The position numbers were made by a program, and so were the translations under genes. 64,000 bases of DNA. Source: Lytechinus pictus (lineage: Eukaryota). The notes below the pieces were generated by a model that was not told where the DNA came from, searched no databases, and saw only the letters and a list, made by a program, of their open reading frames with translations. How positions within the stretch are numbered: the stretch's first letter is position 1; each line of letters starts with the position of its first letter. This document shows, one piece after another, positions 49,900 to 62,815 of this stretch. Location: positions 1,366,001 to 1,430,000 of the forward strand of contig NC_087246.1 in NCBI RefSeq assembly GCF_037042905.1. Reading direction: 5' to 3'.

Positions 49900-52000
49900 A
49901 AACATCAATACCTGAAGAAAAGAAAAGCAATGAATCTGAAGAGTGATTTACAGAAATAGATGGATGGATATATAGAATAATGGAAGGTTATACATCTATT
50001 ATTCTACATTTTGTCAAATCCAGCACAAAACAGGAATCTTTGAAGTTGATGTTTGCCGACAGCCACTGGCCCAGATAAAGTGGATAGGATCCTGTAATAA
50101 TTCATACGGCCTGTCCAAACCAATACATCTAACCTCATTTCATATCATGAAAAAAAAAGGCCTATATATGCCGCTATCCTAGATGCATTTGATCATTCAG
50201 GAAAAGAGAAGTTTTTATTTCCCCTTCTATTTTGTCTCCGTAATGAACCAACAATTAAGATTTTAGTAACAATTAGGTGGGGTTTTGGGGGAAAGAGCAG
50301 TGCTTATTAGTGAAAAATATTTCAGTGATTTAAGTCAGGTTGTTAGTCAATCAAGTTTTTTTGCAGAAAAGCATTTAAAAGCATCACAGAATATGAGAGG
50401 GAAAAAATTAAACATTTTAATAAACAGAAGATGTTTTAAGAAGTTCATACACTACCTCATCCTCAGCCTCAACATTAATACTTTTTAGTAAGAAGCGACT
50501 TAACATGGTGTGTTTGTCTCTCAGAATTCCTACAGGTCAGTGGTCTTGTTATTACTTCCTCTTGTGAAATTAGATAATGATTTGAGGATACCGTTGGACT
50601 AATGATACATGACATCTATAGGAGAGATGAACATGGATGAAAGCCAACCTATAGGGAAAACAACCTTGTCATTGCCAACATAACATATCCTACATAATAG
50701 TGTAAACTGCAGTGCATGATTTGAAAATGTGTATCAGAAACTCATATTTATTTTTGGTTTCAATTTTATCTATGATATGATTTGGATTGCTTTATTTGCA
50801 TCTGGCAAACAGAAAATATTGAGGAATAATTAAAACACTCTTTATTTTTTACTACTAAAAATGCTATATAATATTTTTTTCAAATGGTTTTGCTTCACAT
50901 AGAGTAGACTTTCAGATGTGAATGATTGTGAGTAAAAGTAACAATTGATATACAGTGTACATAATACCCAGAAACAAATATTCAGCGATGTTCACTGCAA
51001 ACTGTTAAAAGCTACTGAAATCCTTGTATCTGATTGGCTCATAACAAAATAAAGAGTGAGTATCACTGACAAGATTGTTCATGAAACATTCACCAGAACT
51101 CAATATCACACCAGATGTCAGCGAGAAGGATGTGATACCTAATATGAGCATGTAGGATGAAGTCACTATGGCAACAAATGATTGATGAGGCTTTGTCTGG
51201 GCGGTTTGCTTCACATCGCATCGAGAGATGAAATATAAGAAAATCATGAGTTCAAATTTTCTAGCATGTTGAATTTTTTTATATATATTTAAAATGACAG
51301 ATCCCAAATAAATGTTGTTATATATCCCCTGGCTGTACATCGCTGGGTGACTGTTATTTTCTCCTTAAACCAATTCAATAGTATTATTTTTTTAGATTGA
51401 GCAATGTTTAATACATCGTCAGCAAAGTTTCTGCACTTATTGACTATTGTGTAAAAACAAAATTGATCCATTCTGCCATACATGAGTGAACACACTTAAA
51501 CACAAAATCCTCTTACTGATAAATGTTTGATTGCTGTGGTTGTATGAAACTTATTGCGAGACAGATCCACACATGTCCCAACATTAATCACATTTTGCAT
51601 GGGTCCAAATAATTCCTTATTCTTTTTTTCCACCCTTCCCCTTCGTTCAAAAGCCCTGTAGCAGTGAAATGGAAGAATTCCATTCCATTACAGAGACTCT
51701 CTTTTCTCTAACTTGATATCTCTTACAAGGAAATTCATTCACTTCATGAAATCACAGGGGATGACAACAGAGACCTCTATCTGGAGGAGGGAGTTGTTTC
51801 CTAGGTTTTAAGACGATATGGTCACGTTTTAGCATCTTTATCTTCCTCAAGATCTCTTCATCAATCTCCTCAAGCCTCCCTTCCTGTTTGCCATTCTCTG
51901 TTTATAACCAGAAGAAGCTGGATGTTTCATTATCCGACGTCAATAGTACTCTGCTCAAAATTCCTGTTTCCATTTCTCACTGCCATAATCAAACAATCCT
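49900..52000 (-). pseudogene. Decayed L1/Tx1-like relic
   Basis: Minus strand TIVNKCRN (EN start, ~51427-51451), TARG (~51325-51340), SDF (~51156-51166), IHFIWASG (~50062-50087). Confidence 0.45.
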
Positions 52001-54120
52001 ACATGCTTGAGGATTAGCAAAAGCTATATGCACATTATTCTATCAAAATGCAGTACATGATCACAAACAATTCCAAGCGTAATGCCAGTTACACTGGTAA
52101 AACCTACACTGGTAAAACCAACAAACTCTATTGGTAAATTATTTCCAGTGACATACCATCGGTCAGCTTTGCGTCAGTTTTGTTAGTGTGACTGCAGCTT
52201 AAGGGCTTAAATGTAAAAATTCCACCTGTATATACGGAAATGATCATGTAATCTTCAATGAGCATTAATTAGCAAAAGCTGTTAATGCTAGATTGCTAGT
52301 TGGGATCATAGTAATTACCCTGGATACTGGGTAGGCTGTTTCTATACAAGCTAATATTCAACTTTCAATTTCTATAACCCAACCCCCATCCCAAACACCC
52401 TCCCAACCCCTTCTATCTATCTCACTCTGGTCTGTTACCACCCTTTCATTCCTTCTTATTTTATCCATCTCTCTCTTTCTAAGTTTCCTACCAAATCTTG
52501 TCCTGATCTGACCCATGGTTAGATGATAAATTCCATGGAAGTCACCGGTCCATTCCTTACCTCTTATCACATTCAGCATGTAACACCATGGACCATAGGT
52601 CCGTGTTAACACCTAAGTTGTCATGCCACCAGCATCAAATACTGTATATCTATGTAAAATTTACTCCAGTTTTTAGCTCCGTATCATTAAGTTTGAAAGT
52701 TTGTACATCGTGCCATGAGCGTCATGCCTGATGGATGTGTGCTCTTTAAAAGATTCCTACATTATTATTATAATTATCACTGCATCATGATAGCAGTATT
52801 ATAACCCCATTTAGCAGTATCATAAACCCACCCCACAGTATCATAAACCCAACCCCACCCCCACAGTAACATAGCCTCACATAGCAGTATCCTACATAAA
52901 TAAGGACTGTTTTCTCAATTTAATACTGATTTCATTTTTTTATACACTCCAAAAACAAAAAGGGTTGTGTGTTTTTCAGAATTTTTGAAAATAATTTCAT
53001 TGGCCATTTCAATGGGTGGTGTACCTCTTTTCAATAATATTAGAGTGCAACATCAAGATCTGAAGAATCTTACCTTCATTGCGTATGTATCACCATCCTC
53101 CTTCCTCTGAACTTTAAGAACCTGACCATAAGCTCCTTTGTTTATCTGATGAAGAATCTGAAATGATAGAAATCAAGGAAACATTGAGATGAGTAAAGTG
53201 CTTTACAGGGTTGCAATACAATCTGGTAAGGGAGGATTTCCCTACTGGGAGAAAGGACCTTGTAGTGGATAAGTGTATGAAATGCTTTAAGGGTGGGAGA
53301 GTATAAAAGAAATGTGGAAGGAAGAAAGAGAGAGGAAGAAGGGGAGGTACGGAAACCAAAGAAGGTGATTGGAATACAAATATTGGATGGGAGGAACTGA
53401 GGTACAGTGGCTTAGGGAGAGGGAACAGGAGGGGAGATGAGAGAGAGGTGAAGAGAGAGGGAGAGATGAAGAGAGAGATGAGGAGAAAGATGAAATATGG
53501 AAGGAAAATAGTAACTGGAATACAGAAATATGAGGGGGAGATAGATGGTGAAAGAGATAAACAAAGAGATGAGAGGAATGGAATGGATGAGGAGAGAGAT
53601 GGAGAAAGACAGACAAAGACAAATAAACAAGCAGACAGACACATATATACATTAGATAGAGATGAGATATGAAAAGAGAGTTTCAATTTGAACCAAAAGG
53701 AACGGTTAAAAAAAAAATCACAAGCAGTCTAATAATAAGAAAAACAGGAGGCTTTCCAAGGTAATTCAAGAAATGTAAACAAGATGATTGATTGTTTACA
53801 TTATTCATTCATTCATAGACAATAAATTGCAAAAAGGAAATAATGGGGCATGTGATGTGATGGCTAGCAGCAATTCAATAAGGTTTCTAAATGATTATTA
53901 CCCTTTACATAAAGAAGTTTAGTGAGTGTTGTATAATTCATCAGCACAGAGGCAAGTCTCATTCATCAAAAGCTGTTCATATCTAACTAAGACAGGAAGT
54001 GGAAACCACATCTTCCCAAAGGTATCATCTCATACTAAAGACCACAATGGTCTCCCAAGAAACATCAAATCAATGGACACATCTCCTTGTGGCTCTTAAT
54101 ACACAAATCTAGAGTAACAG

Positions 54121-55462
54121 CATGGACCTATTACGGATGGACATTCAACGAGAGCATTTTATGGCCACCACCTGTTTCCAGCTGTCAAAATTGCTGTCAC
54201 ACAGTTAACTTTCTCTTTGCGCTTTTTTTACGATGAGCGCCCTGGGCGGTTGTTTACTCAATCCCTTCTCGGACATTGACAGTCACCGCCCGATCTCTGG
54301 CCCTCTTTCGACCAGATGCGGTCATGTAAGCTCGATTGCTGCGATCAGGGAAAGTCCCTGCATTACCTATAATGCAATGCGCAATTTATTTCTGGTTTTC
54401 AATACATTATTTCACGCCGTCAATACTGTGCAATTGTCGTCTGATCATCAGAAAAAATCCTATTGAATTTCGCCAATCCTCTGGAATTTTACGCCCAAAT
54501 GAAAATCAACTTATGATCGAATTTCATGTACTTGTTTCTTCACAATGCTCTTCCCTCTTTTTATGATGATTTATTTGTGAAAAACAAATATGTTTGTAAT
54601 TACATTACTAGACAGTCTGACAACTTTTATTTGCCTAATTTCAAATATAATTTCTCACGAACTACAATTGAATATGTTGGACCCACTCTGTGGAATAGTT
54701 TACCCATTGATCTTAAATTATGTCCAACACTCAACTCTTTTAAAAGAAAGTATAAAAAAAATCTTGTAAACTCATGAATTGTTCCTTAAGCCGTTTTGTC
54801 GTTTCCTTTTGTGTTTGGTTAGTTTTTTTTTTATTTTTTAATGTTTTGTTTTTATCTATAAAACTTTTTTCCTGCTTGCAACCGTTTGGGATTTGCCTTT
54901 GATAGGCCTTTGGCCTTTGTTAAATTCCACACATTTGTATTCTCTGTATTTTGTGTGATCTCATGTATTATATGCCTTTTATCACTTTAATTGTATGTAT
55001 TGCCTTTTTATGCAAATGTAAAATAAATTGAATTGAATTGAATTGAAGGTAAGCGCTACTATTGACATCAATACTGTCAGAAAAAGATGCATTTTAATTT
55101 TTTTCCGCACATTTCTCCGTTGAATTTTAACTGCTTGTGTGCTGTAGATATACGGATCTGCACGGTGATGTCAATGCATTTCATGTGCGGTTGTTTGCAA
55201 TGTACGTAAAAAATATGTTTATGCACGCCTGTTTTCTTGTTTCTACAATCATTTTCATAGCGCTAACGTTCGCTGCTGTGTGTTGCTTTTGTTAAGTGAA
55301 CGAACAACATCGCATTGGGTAGGAGCAGCGTACAATTGATTTCCGATGTCCATCAGTGAGAGCGTGTTTTACGACCGGCTTGATGGGCGTCAGCTGCCAG
55401 CGGTGACGGTCTTTGGCCAAAAGGAGGGGATTCCTTGAATGTCTATTTGTAATAGGTCCATG
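54121..55462. mobile_element. P-like non-autonomous element
   Basis: TIRs CATGGACCTATTAC / GTAATAGGTCCATG; 7-bp TSD GTAACAG at 54114-54120 and 55463-55469. Confidence 0.8.
54526..55047 (+). mobile_element. CR1-group (Crack/Daphne-like) LINE 3' stub nested in the P-like element
   Basis: NYITRQ...YVGPTLWNSLP...SFKRKYK in ORF 54526-54777; AATAAA then (TTGAA)n tail. Confidence 0.8.
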
Positions 55463-55499
55463 GTAACAGTAAAGATTTTGAGAAAAAAAAATTGAAGCT

Positions 55500-57350
55500 A
55501 CTTAATTTTTTAAAATGCATCATTTTCAGGTACGAGAATCATAGCAAATTGAACTTGAAATGGCCATTGTCATCTGTAATTCTCTCCTCCCCATTCAAAT
55601 GTCTGTTTTTTATCATTATTAAATCATATTTTATCCATAAAAAATAATCAGAACAGATTATTGGTTTAAAACCCTTCATGTAACCAAAGATAATTCCATC
55701 CAACATCAGCCGTAAATAGAGGCAAAAGATCTTAAATGCATTTGATTGAACAATGCATGTACATGTACATCCAGTAATTTATCAAATCTTATTGATAATT
55801 TGTTATCTCATTCAAAGACTGATATTGACGATTCATTATCGTCCTTCATTTAATCCCATTTAACCAATGATGTACATAAACTAAATATATATGGTCTTCG
55901 AAGGTTTGGGAACTTCGGTCCCCTCAGTGAGGCAAAATGCGACCGTTTTTCTTTGGGGCTGTGTCTGAGGAAAATAGTTGCATTCTGGCATTACTACAGG
56001 AACCTTAGTTCCAATCACTTCCTCTAGTGGCCGTACATATTTCTTCATATAACTTGCCCCAGGCTGGAATTTGTTTTAGATTTTCCTTTGAAATACTTTG
56101 AAATTGACAAGAGTAAGCAGTGTCATGTTTTAAAAGAATTATTTTAAAGAGCAAAAACATTGTACCATCATAGTTTTTTTTAAAGACTTAATTGCTTTAT
56201 GGCTTTCCACTGAACAATTACAAAACCACATATACTTGTGGTTTAACCCACACACCTCGGTCTTCCCTCAACCATTTCAAGATCTAATTTAAGCTAATAA
56301 CTTTCGATATAAATGCATGTGAAACACATAATCAAGTTGTTTATAGTCTTTGTTACCAGACAGTACACTGTTTTACGCTGCTGCAGAATGTCTGAATCAT
56401 GATAAATTTACCAACCCTGATAACTATCTACCATAAGAAAGGTCATTACATGACCTACCGTATCACTACAATTATGCTGCTATGTCAGAAATTACATGAC
56501 AATCATCTCTGCCTCTGACAAACTTGAAACCCCAGTTTAAGGCCCAAACAATAAAATGCCACGTAGCATATAGTCCCGCACAAAAACTGAAACGCTCTTT
56601 AAAACATTTAATAATTTGAATGGATTTATCAAAAATACCTCCAAGGGTTAATCATTTCAGAACTGTGGAGGTCATTGGCTTAGGCTTACTTTTATTGCCT
56701 TTATAATGAAATAAAATATCTGGAAAATTGCTGAAACTGTATAAATCAATAAATCAAATCTAAAGTAATATAAATGAAAATGATTTATGAATAGATATTT
56801 CCAGAATTGCATCAGACTATATTATTAAGCATATGATGACCTCCTCAGCTCCAGAATGAATCCAGAAAAATAACTTTTGCTTAGACAATATAGAGTCAAA
56901 GAAGAGACAGACTTGAGTTGATGATATTAATAAGTTGATAACAGAGTCTGCTCTGTAGACTAATACAGAGCTTTGCATTTAGATGGGTATTATTATATCT
57001 ACTTGTATGTGACACGGAGATCAGACAGAGAATTAGCAACAGACACAGGAAGGATATATACACCTGCTAGGATTCATAATGAATTAAGGGTAGACTACAA
57101 CACAACCAGTCAATATTACATACTATCCACTGACAGAAAATAATATAATCAAAGTACATGCCAATTGCAGAATGTCTATTATAGTGTGTATCTCTTATGT
57201 TTGCTGAAAGACATTTCTTGTACATACACTATACTATTGCATATCGTAATGAAATTTGATGTTTGGTTGTCTGGCTTGGCACTTAAAATGAATGTACAAT
57301 TGTTTTAACCAATAACAAATAGATATTAAAATGTAATATTGATTGTAAAT
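55500..57350 (-). pseudogene. Very decayed L1-like relics
   Basis: Weak minus-strand motif remnants (KP.D-like ~57262-57283, P.GG-like ~56634-56655, SDILQ ~56380-56400). Confidence 0.25.
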
Positions 57351-57408
57351 ATTGATCACTAAAAGGTACAGGACCCAGGTACCCCACTTCCAAAAAAGCC
57401 TTTCTTTC

Positions 57409-57700
57409 TAATAATAATAGACAGTTCTTGTATAGTGCATATCACATTATGAATAACGTCTCTGTGCTTCCAAAGGGCTTGGATATTATTATGCCGGCTG
57501 TAGCTCAAGCAGCCTTCCAGCGCTCAGTGCATTTCAAGGAATAAATTTCTGCCAGGAATCCATTCACCTCACCTGGGTTGAGTGCAGCACAATGTGGATA
57601 AATTTCTTGGTGAAAGAAACTACGCCATGGCTGGGATTTGAACCCACGACCCTCTGTTTCAATTTAGTCTGGAGACTAATCCACTGGGCCACAACGCTTC
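57409..57700 (-). mobile_element. tRNA-derived SINE with L2-like tail
   Basis: Minus strand A box GTGGCCCAGTGG and B box GGTTCAAATCC; 3' end GCACTATACAAGAACTGTC(TAT)n resembles the L2 tail. Confidence 0.8.
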
Positions 57701-57719
57701 ACTACAAGGGCCACTACAA

Positions 57720-59150
57720 CATTCCCTAATGAAACAGTCCATCGTAACTACTTGTATAATACCTCTGAATGAAATGTAAGAAAAAAATGAATGAATAACA
57801 ATGCAAAGGAAGCTTGAAAGAAATCACTAGCTTGAATCCAACTTGAATCATGGCAGATATTAAAAATGCTACTGTTTTAAGGGGTAATAGAAGAGATCAC
57901 TCTAACCTCCTTGAACGATAGGTTCACTGCTCTTATCCTTTCCAGAATTTTTAAATGTTATTTTGGACACTTACTCAATTCACCAAAAAACCCTTTAACC
58001 CTAATCCTGTCGCTGTTAGCATTCTAGAATTGGATATCCGACAATACATGCCATGCAAGCAAAACAAGATGTCTCTTCTAATAGTCCAGTAGGGTTGTAC
58101 CGTAGACTTTCAGTATTATATGTACATCCTGTAACATGAAAACTGGAGTACAGGGGGGGCAAGTTTCTCAGAACCCATCAACTACACGTCCATTATCTTG
58201 ACTTATCTCCCAAGAAGCATCTTCAAGACATCTCATGTTCTGAACTCTTATTTCGTCTTAAGGTCAAATGTTTACATGAGTGATGTCTCAATTCAACCCT
58301 CAATGCATCATTGATTAGGGATTCTCCCCTATGTGATTCAATATTAATATTTGAAGGAAAGCTGACATTTCATATTAAAAAATATGCCTTGTTAAAATCC
58401 ATTCTTTAAATGTCAGACACATTTCTTTTTCTTCATTAGATCAAGAAATTTAAGTCATCTTTTTTTTTTTTATAGAACATCTTGTGCAAATGTCACACAT
58501 ATCTTTACTCTCAAATCTTTCCTTTATTTACTGTATCTTCTCTGTGTCTCTCAGTCATGGTCTACCTCTATGCCTCTACTCTACTGTCTCTATCTCCCCT
58601 TCACCCCCCCCCCCCCCCCTCTTCTACCTCTTCTTCTCCTTTCTCTCTTTCATGTCTCCCTTCTCTATTCCTTCTCTCTTTCTTGTCTTCCCTCTTTCCG
58701 TCTCTCTCTCTATCTCTCTCTTTTCCTTATAGATGTTGAATAGTACAAAGCACTACTTATATTCAATTATGTCATCAGAAACAAATATATCATGCTCAAA
58801 TTATCTTGGTCATCAATAAAGAATAAAATAAATAAAGAAGACATACACAGGAGACAATCGTCTTAAATCAGATCGATCTTCTGTTGCTAGGTTACCTCAT
58901 CAAGCTATCACACTCAACAATCAAGCATGACTGCATTGTTGGTTTCCTGTTCCATGTTTCAGACGAGGTCATTATCCACAGTAGGTGTATATCAATGTTC
59001 AGATGTAATATTAAAAAATATCCCATGACACAGGAACAACACTGTTGAGACCATACACAGGAAAAATTAGGCTGTATGAAATATGCAATGGATGCAGCTG
59101 ATAACAAATATAACAAATTAATGCATGAATAATAGTTATTTTGAGCATCA
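57720..59150 (-). pseudogene. Decayed CR1-group endonuclease region
   Basis: IMTSSETW (SETW at 58952-58963), RSDL (~58863-58878), LLDY (~58081-58094) in APE order. Confidence 0.55.
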
Positions 59151-60099
59151 TCTACAACAATATAATATATATGTCTGTGTGCGAGGTGTGTGTTAGAATG
59201 CTTGGTAACAATAGAATGTAATAAGTCATGAGGGGTGGAGGAGTTACATGAGTATCATCAGTATGGCCATGGTCACCACAGCACAGTGCAGTCAGAGACT
59301 AATCATAATACACAACTTGTGATGTGTTCAAACTTTTAACTACATGTTCGTGTTTCTTTAACGAGTTTAATACAAGCATATATTGTGTGTGAACACAGGG
59401 TAATTCTGACAGGAGACTGATACAGTTACATATACACTGCTTTGGAACGTGAGACGGCATGCATAAAGATGTGAAAGGACAGGAGGGAGAATGATAGGTA
59501 TGTGGATGAGATGGAGTCAGACTTAAAACAGTACCATTGCTCACTGTTCCAACACATACATCATTGTCATTAATGAGTATACAGCCTGATTATGATCTGA
59601 TCAATGCGGTGATGGGTTATACCAAACACAAAGTTCTGAGAATTTAAATGCAATTTTTAGTCGGACTTGAATATTTGTAACATACCCTCCTGAATTACAT
59701 ATTACATACATCATGATAAAGGAATATGAAGGATTTTTTAAACAAAAAAGAAAGGTTATACTTCAGATATATATGAGAATGGTAACTGGAAAAATTGATA
59801 CCAGTGATAAACTGGAGGTGATGAGGAAGGGTGTTTGAGTAAGGAGTGGAAGTGGGTGAGTGATGAGAGGGAGTCAGTGGGTAACGGTAGGGTAGGAGAT
59901 ACATATGAGAGGAAGAATAAAGAGAATGAACTGAAAAATAAAATTTGTGGGGAAAACACAATTTGAACATAAGACATTGTTAACATACAAGCATGGACGA
60001 GAATAAGTATAGAATAAAAGGATGAAAAAGAGATGAAGAGAATACATTTTATCTCATTAATCAACTGGAAATGATAGAATTCCATCTCAAATGGATAGC

Positions 60100-61400
60100 T
60101 CATCACATCATGCATGATTTGTATGGTCACACGCTCATTTCATGCAACGATTTCATACAGCGGAAGAAAATGAATCACAATCATTTAGACAAGGCAGTAC
60201 AATCCATCATCTAAGAGTTCTGTATTATCAATCAGCGATGAGTGTGATTTCACAAGGAGAGATAGACAAAGCACATGATAAAGTTATTTGTTGATGTCTA
60301 TACAGGGCTCTATCCATTAGAGAAATGACAAACACGAGTCTGCTAACGACTTCTGGTATCTTACTCTCAGTCTGTCCCATAAGTAGATTTCTTGTCTCAC
60401 AATGTGCATACATTAGGATAGACCAAAGAAAGTAATTACTCAAAATGGAACAATTCCTGAAAAAAAGCACAAAATACACATAAGCTTTTGAGATTACTAA
60501 TGTTTATAACAGATTATATATTTTGCATAAATTTCTCCTTGCCACCATTGGTCTTAACTGGTCATTCAATTTTCATATCGAAGTTAACATTTTGTTTCAT
60601 TAATTACTAGCTTTTTCTTTCTTTGTAATGAGATTTTTATCTTTTAACATAGGAATTATAAATATGTTAGTATTATTATTATAAATATAGAGAAAACTGT
60701 TGTCATTATTCAAAATATACTGTATATGTTGGCTCATTAATCTCCATTTGTGATAATTTGTGATCAAATAAATTGTAAATATTTTTATAATGCTGCAGTA
60801 ACCTATTTGCCATTTTCTTGAATAAACACTTTCATGTCAAAAAAATTTCATGTACAATTTTCTGGCTGCTATAACCGCCACTTCAAAGTCTAGTGAATGA
60901 ATCTCCCCATTCCACAAGCTTTCAATCTGTAAATACACCTGCCTACGAATGACAATATATATACTAATCCAGTATTACAACAAATATTGACATCTGATTA
61001 TGATTTCCTGGGTATAATTCCCAGACATGCAGATCAAGATGTTGCTTTGAATACAAGAGTTCAATTAAAGTGGATCATCTCTTGACTGTGTTTAACAGAG
61101 ATAATAGCTGTCACTCAGAGCAGACCGCACTGCTGGCACACGAAGCTAAGAGAAGCCTGAAGTAGAATTGACATAGTTTGCATGACGAAGTGTGGTTTAT
61201 TCCAACCAATGTAAGATCACCCTAGAGAGATATGGTAGTCAAGATGGCCGTGAGGGCAAACGTTTTAACCACTCATCAACTATGGATGACTTTCATGTCC
61301 AAGTCCAATGCATGTTTTATGAGTATCGGTGGAACGATGTCTTTGCTGCAGGGTTGGAGCAGACTTCTTGTTGCCGATAAATTGAAGCAATCGGTTTGAG
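60100..61400 (-). pseudogene. Decayed CR1-group reverse transcriptase region
   Basis: MANRL (~60799-60813) followed by YFLWSILMY-type C-terminal segment in ORF 60228-60479. Confidence 0.45.
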
Positions 61401-61429
61401 ATGAAGCTACAGGAAGGTCCCTGGTAGGG

Positions 61430-61655
61430 CAGGAGTCTTTGACAGCTTACCATCACCAAGCACTCTATCACATACATGGTCAGGAGTCTTTGACAGCTTA
61501 CCATCACCAAGCACTCTATCACATACATGGTCAGGAGTCTTTGACAGCTTACCATCACCAAGCACTCTATCACATACATGGTCAGGAGTCTTTGACAGCT
61601 TACCATCACCAAGCACTCTATCATATACATGGTCAGGAGTCTTTGACAGCTTACC
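61430..61655. repeat. Tandem repeat, 51-bp unit, ~4.4 copies
   Basis: CAGGAGTCTTTGACAGCTTACC at 61430, 61481, 61532, 61583 and 61634. Confidence 0.95.
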
Positions 61656-62040
61656 TATGGAAGCAGGAGGCCGTCAAAAACACGGATATACGTCGTGTCG
61701 TAATTCAATTTACTACACGACGTAAATAATTACGTAGTGTAGTAATTCGAATTACTACACGACGTAAATAATTACGTAGTGTAGTAATTCGAATTACTAC
61801 ACGACGCAATTCCGAATTACTGCCCAACGATTTAACGTCATGACGTTAAATGAATTAGTGTCGCTACATCAAATAATTAAGGTCGTGTAGTAATTCGAAT
61901 TACTACACGACGTAAATAATTACGTAGTGTAGTAATTCCAATTACTACACTACCTAAAGAATTACGTCGTGTAGTAAATAATTACTACACGACGTAATTC
62001 CGAATTACTGCTCAACGATTTAGTGTCATGACGTTAAATC
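61656..62040. mobile_element. Left end of a probable DNA element with palindromic sub-terminal repeats
   Basis: Starts TATGG exactly where the 51-bp array breaks; repeated AATTACTACACGACGTAAATAATTACGTAGTGTAGTAATT palindromes. Confidence 0.5.
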
Positions 62041-62150
62041 AACCAATGGGATCATTCGTTATAAACCTACAAAGCAATGCCAGCGCGGGGGAACTTGAAT
62101 GCGGGGCGCGCGGCCGATCGCGCTGGAGTTATCGACCAATAGCGCCCGAC

Positions 62151-62383
62151 CATGGGCGGAAATCCCAGGGGGGACGTGTCCCCCCCCCCCCTACTCAAAA
62201 TAGTAGGGGGGACACAATATCAAATGTCCCCCCTACTAATTTTTGGTCTTTTATGATAGTAAGAAATACATCGTTCAATATCGAAATAAAACATGTATTT
62301 TAGGACGAAATTACCTTAAATTTGGGGTGATAATTTTCCAGCCCCTTGTCCCCCCTACCTTTTGGGAGAGATATCCGCCCCTG
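62151..62383. mobile_element. hAT-like MITE
   Basis: CATGGGCGGAAATC / GATATCCGCCCCTG; perfect 8-bp TSD CGCCCGAC at 62143-62150 and 62384-62391. Confidence 0.85.
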
Positions 62384-62815
62384 CGCCCGACCAATAAGGA
62401 TTTTGAAGATAGCGGACTATAAATCAATAGATTTTGTGCACTGTGTCTACAAAAGCACGAAGTGAAATTGAAGGTAAGGTAAAAGATATCGGTATCAAGA
62501 GTAAACGATTATCTATTGAAGTTGGAACGCAAAAACTTATAAACATCGATTTATAGCATATTATGTATTGGAAGATGTCTGACATTGTGTTTTATTGCAA
62601 CACTTAAGGGGAAGAAAATGATGTTTAATTTATGAGATGTCAAGGTATGCATCGATTTGTAAAGACATCAAAACTTATATTTGTTACATATATATGTATT
62701 TTATTTTGTATATGAATTCAAGTTGTCAATAAAAAATACTGAAAAAAAATAAATAATCATGATAAGAATAATAAAACACATACTGATTGGTGGTTCCGGG
62801 AGCCGGATGAGGGGC

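Noticed and set aside
53114..53686. 190-aa and overlapping ORFs (also 976-1325, 43838-44329, 58482-58739)
   Set aside because: Purine/pyrimidine-skewed low-complexity tracts that lack stop codons by composition.
55870..56045. Imperfect hairpin, possibly a Crypton-like remnant
   Set aside because: Pairing is too degenerate to assign by eye.
61280..61729. Repetitive ORFs on both strands, and a CRISPR-like look
   Set aside because: The 51-bp unit is a multiple of 3, which keeps frames open; units are identical with no unique spacers and no cas genes.
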